Under the pieces are notes generated by a model that had not been told where the DNA came from, did no database searches, and saw only the letters and a program-made list of their open reading frames with translations. A stretch of 64,000 nt of DNA from the NCBI GenBank assembly GCA_963728565.1, contig CAVSLC010000013.1, positions 320,001 to 384,000 on the forward strand, in the 5' to 3' direction. This stretch comes from an uncultured delta proteobacterium. Lineage in GTDB: Bacteria > Desulfobacterota > Binatia > UBA9968. Shown here in pieces: positions 62,826 through 64,000 of the stretch (its first letter is position 1; every line of letters begins with the position of its first letter). The position numbers and the translations under genes are program-made.

Positions 62826-63749
62826 CTACTGCCACGAGTCGCGAAAACGCGTGGCAACGACCTCATCATAGGGTACAGGGCCGGATAAGTGTCCCACCGC
62901 TTGGGCAAATCGGTTCATGGCTTCAACCTCTTCTTGCAAGATGACCGGGTCATAAAATACCAGATCTCGTTTAACAACTGTGCTTATCAAGTCTGCGGCT
63001 TCCTTGGGAAACTTACGCCGCCCAACTTCCGCGGCAAGCGTGGGATCTGCTTTCAAAGCTTTTTGCGTTCTCACTATCGCACGCACAGCGGCAGTCACGG
63101 CGGCTGGGTTTCTTGCCGTGAAAATATCGCTAGTCACCATTCCCGCGAAAGTAAAGCGCCGGACTTCTCCCGGGTCGTCACCCCGGCGGACATCGACGAG
63201 AACTTTGCCGACTCCACGGCTGACCGCAGTCTCAGCACCCATCGCATTGGCCCAGAAACCATCAATTTGTCCTGCCTCCAATGCTCGTGCGGCAAACACC
63301 CCGAACGAGACGTCACGCCCTTTGGCGCCCGGCAATTCGATGATCTGTAAATCTCGATCAGGATCAATCTTCGCGCCGATCAGCATTTGCCGAAGCGCAA
63401 GGTCGGGGCCCTCGGCAGCCGTAAGACGAAGTCCTTTGATTGCGGTGAGGTCGCCACGTTTGGCTTTAAGGTCAGCACGCACAACGAGCAGCCAAGGAGT
63501 CCCCTTCGAAAGAGCGACGACTATCTTGACTCCTTTCCACTGAGGAAACTCGGTTAACACATCGTGCACCGAGCCTGCGATCATGGCATCGGCACTACCG
63601 TCGTGTAACGCTTTTGTGGCCCCTAACGATGCGACCAAGTCAATTCGCGCATCCAGCCCCTCCGCCTTGAAAAAACCTAGCTCATCTGCGGCCAACGCCG
63701 GGAAACACGTGTTGCTAATCAGATCGACCGCTGCAATGCGCATCTGCAA
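62826..63749 (-). CDS. NMT1/TauA-fold protein without a signal peptide
   Basis: AADELGFFKAEGLD, IKGLRL, IDPDRDLQI, GQIDGF; SD GGAGG 5 nt before TTG 63749. Confidence 0.8.
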   Translation of the reverse strand: MQMRIAAVDLISNTCFPALAADELGFFKAEGLDARIDLVASLGATKALHDGSADAMIAGSVHDVLTEFPQWKGVKIVVALSKGTPWLLVVRADLKAKRGDLTAIKGLRLTAAEGPDLALRQMLIGAKIDPDRDLQIIELPGAKGRDVSFGVFAARALEAGQIDGFWANAMGAETAVSRGVGKVLVDVRRGDDPGEVRRFTFAGMVTSDIFTARNPAAVTAAVRAIVRTQKALKADPTLAAEVGRRKFPKEAADLISTVVKRDLVFYDPVILQEEVEAMNRFAQAVGHLSGPVPYDEVVATRFRDSWQ

Positions 63750-64000
63750 GATGTCCTCCGCGGATATCAGGGAAGAATTTTGCCGAAGCTAGCATATTGT
63801 CTGGCCCAGCAACAGTCAGATTGTCTGCTAAACAGGATCGTGGATTAGACCGGCCTACAAAGGTGGCGATTACAAAAACGCAAATGAGGATCAGAGAGCA
63901 TCCGTCCGCACAGGTGACGTGACGATCCGGGCCTCTTACTTAGCAAAGGGTGATAACTTTATCGAAAGCGGTTAGAGAGATCCAGGGAAAATCACTCTAA

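Noticed and set aside
42132-64000. Genomic island or prophage integrated at tRNA-Leu
   Set aside because: No integrase, phage genes, att duplication or obvious compositional shift seen; a boundary beyond the window cannot be excluded.
1-64000. CRISPR array, rRNA, IS element or defence system
   Set aside because: No regularly spaced direct repeats, rRNA-like sequence, transposase or defence-type domains recognised by eye.

Overview
A mostly minus-strand chromosomal window from a Gram-negative (Tol-Pal-bearing) bacterium. Gene order and paralog content resemble Deltaproteobacteria-like lineages such as Candidatus Binatia; this is inference and no search was run. About 1-13 kb holds a Cache-HAMP-GAF-GAF histidine kinase paired with a binding protein, a liv-type ABC importer, a methyltransferase plus zinc-ribbon pair, leuCD and a PuuE-like deacetylase. 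About 13-42 kb is core housekeeping: truA-asd-leuB-leuA-pssA-psd-ilvC-ilvN-ilvB, tsaB-rseP-dxr-cdsA-uppS-frr-pyrH-tsf-rpsB, rho, rluD, ribF, tol-pal, pgk-tpiA-secG and tRNA-Leu(GAG). About 42-64 kb is accessory and catabolic: a sigma54-driven small HTH gene, UbiD, bactofilin, Gdx/SugE, an amidohydrolase, ltaE with a heme-oxygenase-like dimetal enzyme, an orphan ABC ATPase with a degenerate MBL protein, a hydantoinase/LLM/SDR/aldolase/decarboxylase cluster, orphan binding proteins, an IsdG-like monooxygenase with a Cys-rich protein, and a tandem-repeat secreted protein. I saw no CRISPR array, rRNA, integrase or transposase. Five genes, including essential cdsA, carry single-base frameshifts that are most likely read or assembly errors. 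The best novelty candidates, all hypotheses from visual motif recognition, are: (i) an IF1/zeta-like helix fused to a Zn ribbon next to a FAM173/ATPSCKMT-like methyltransferase; (ii) a secreted protein made of two propeptide (I9)-like domains with no protease; (iii) an exported MBL-fold pseudoenzyme coupled to an orphan ABC ATPase; (iv) an uncharacterised catabolic cluster.
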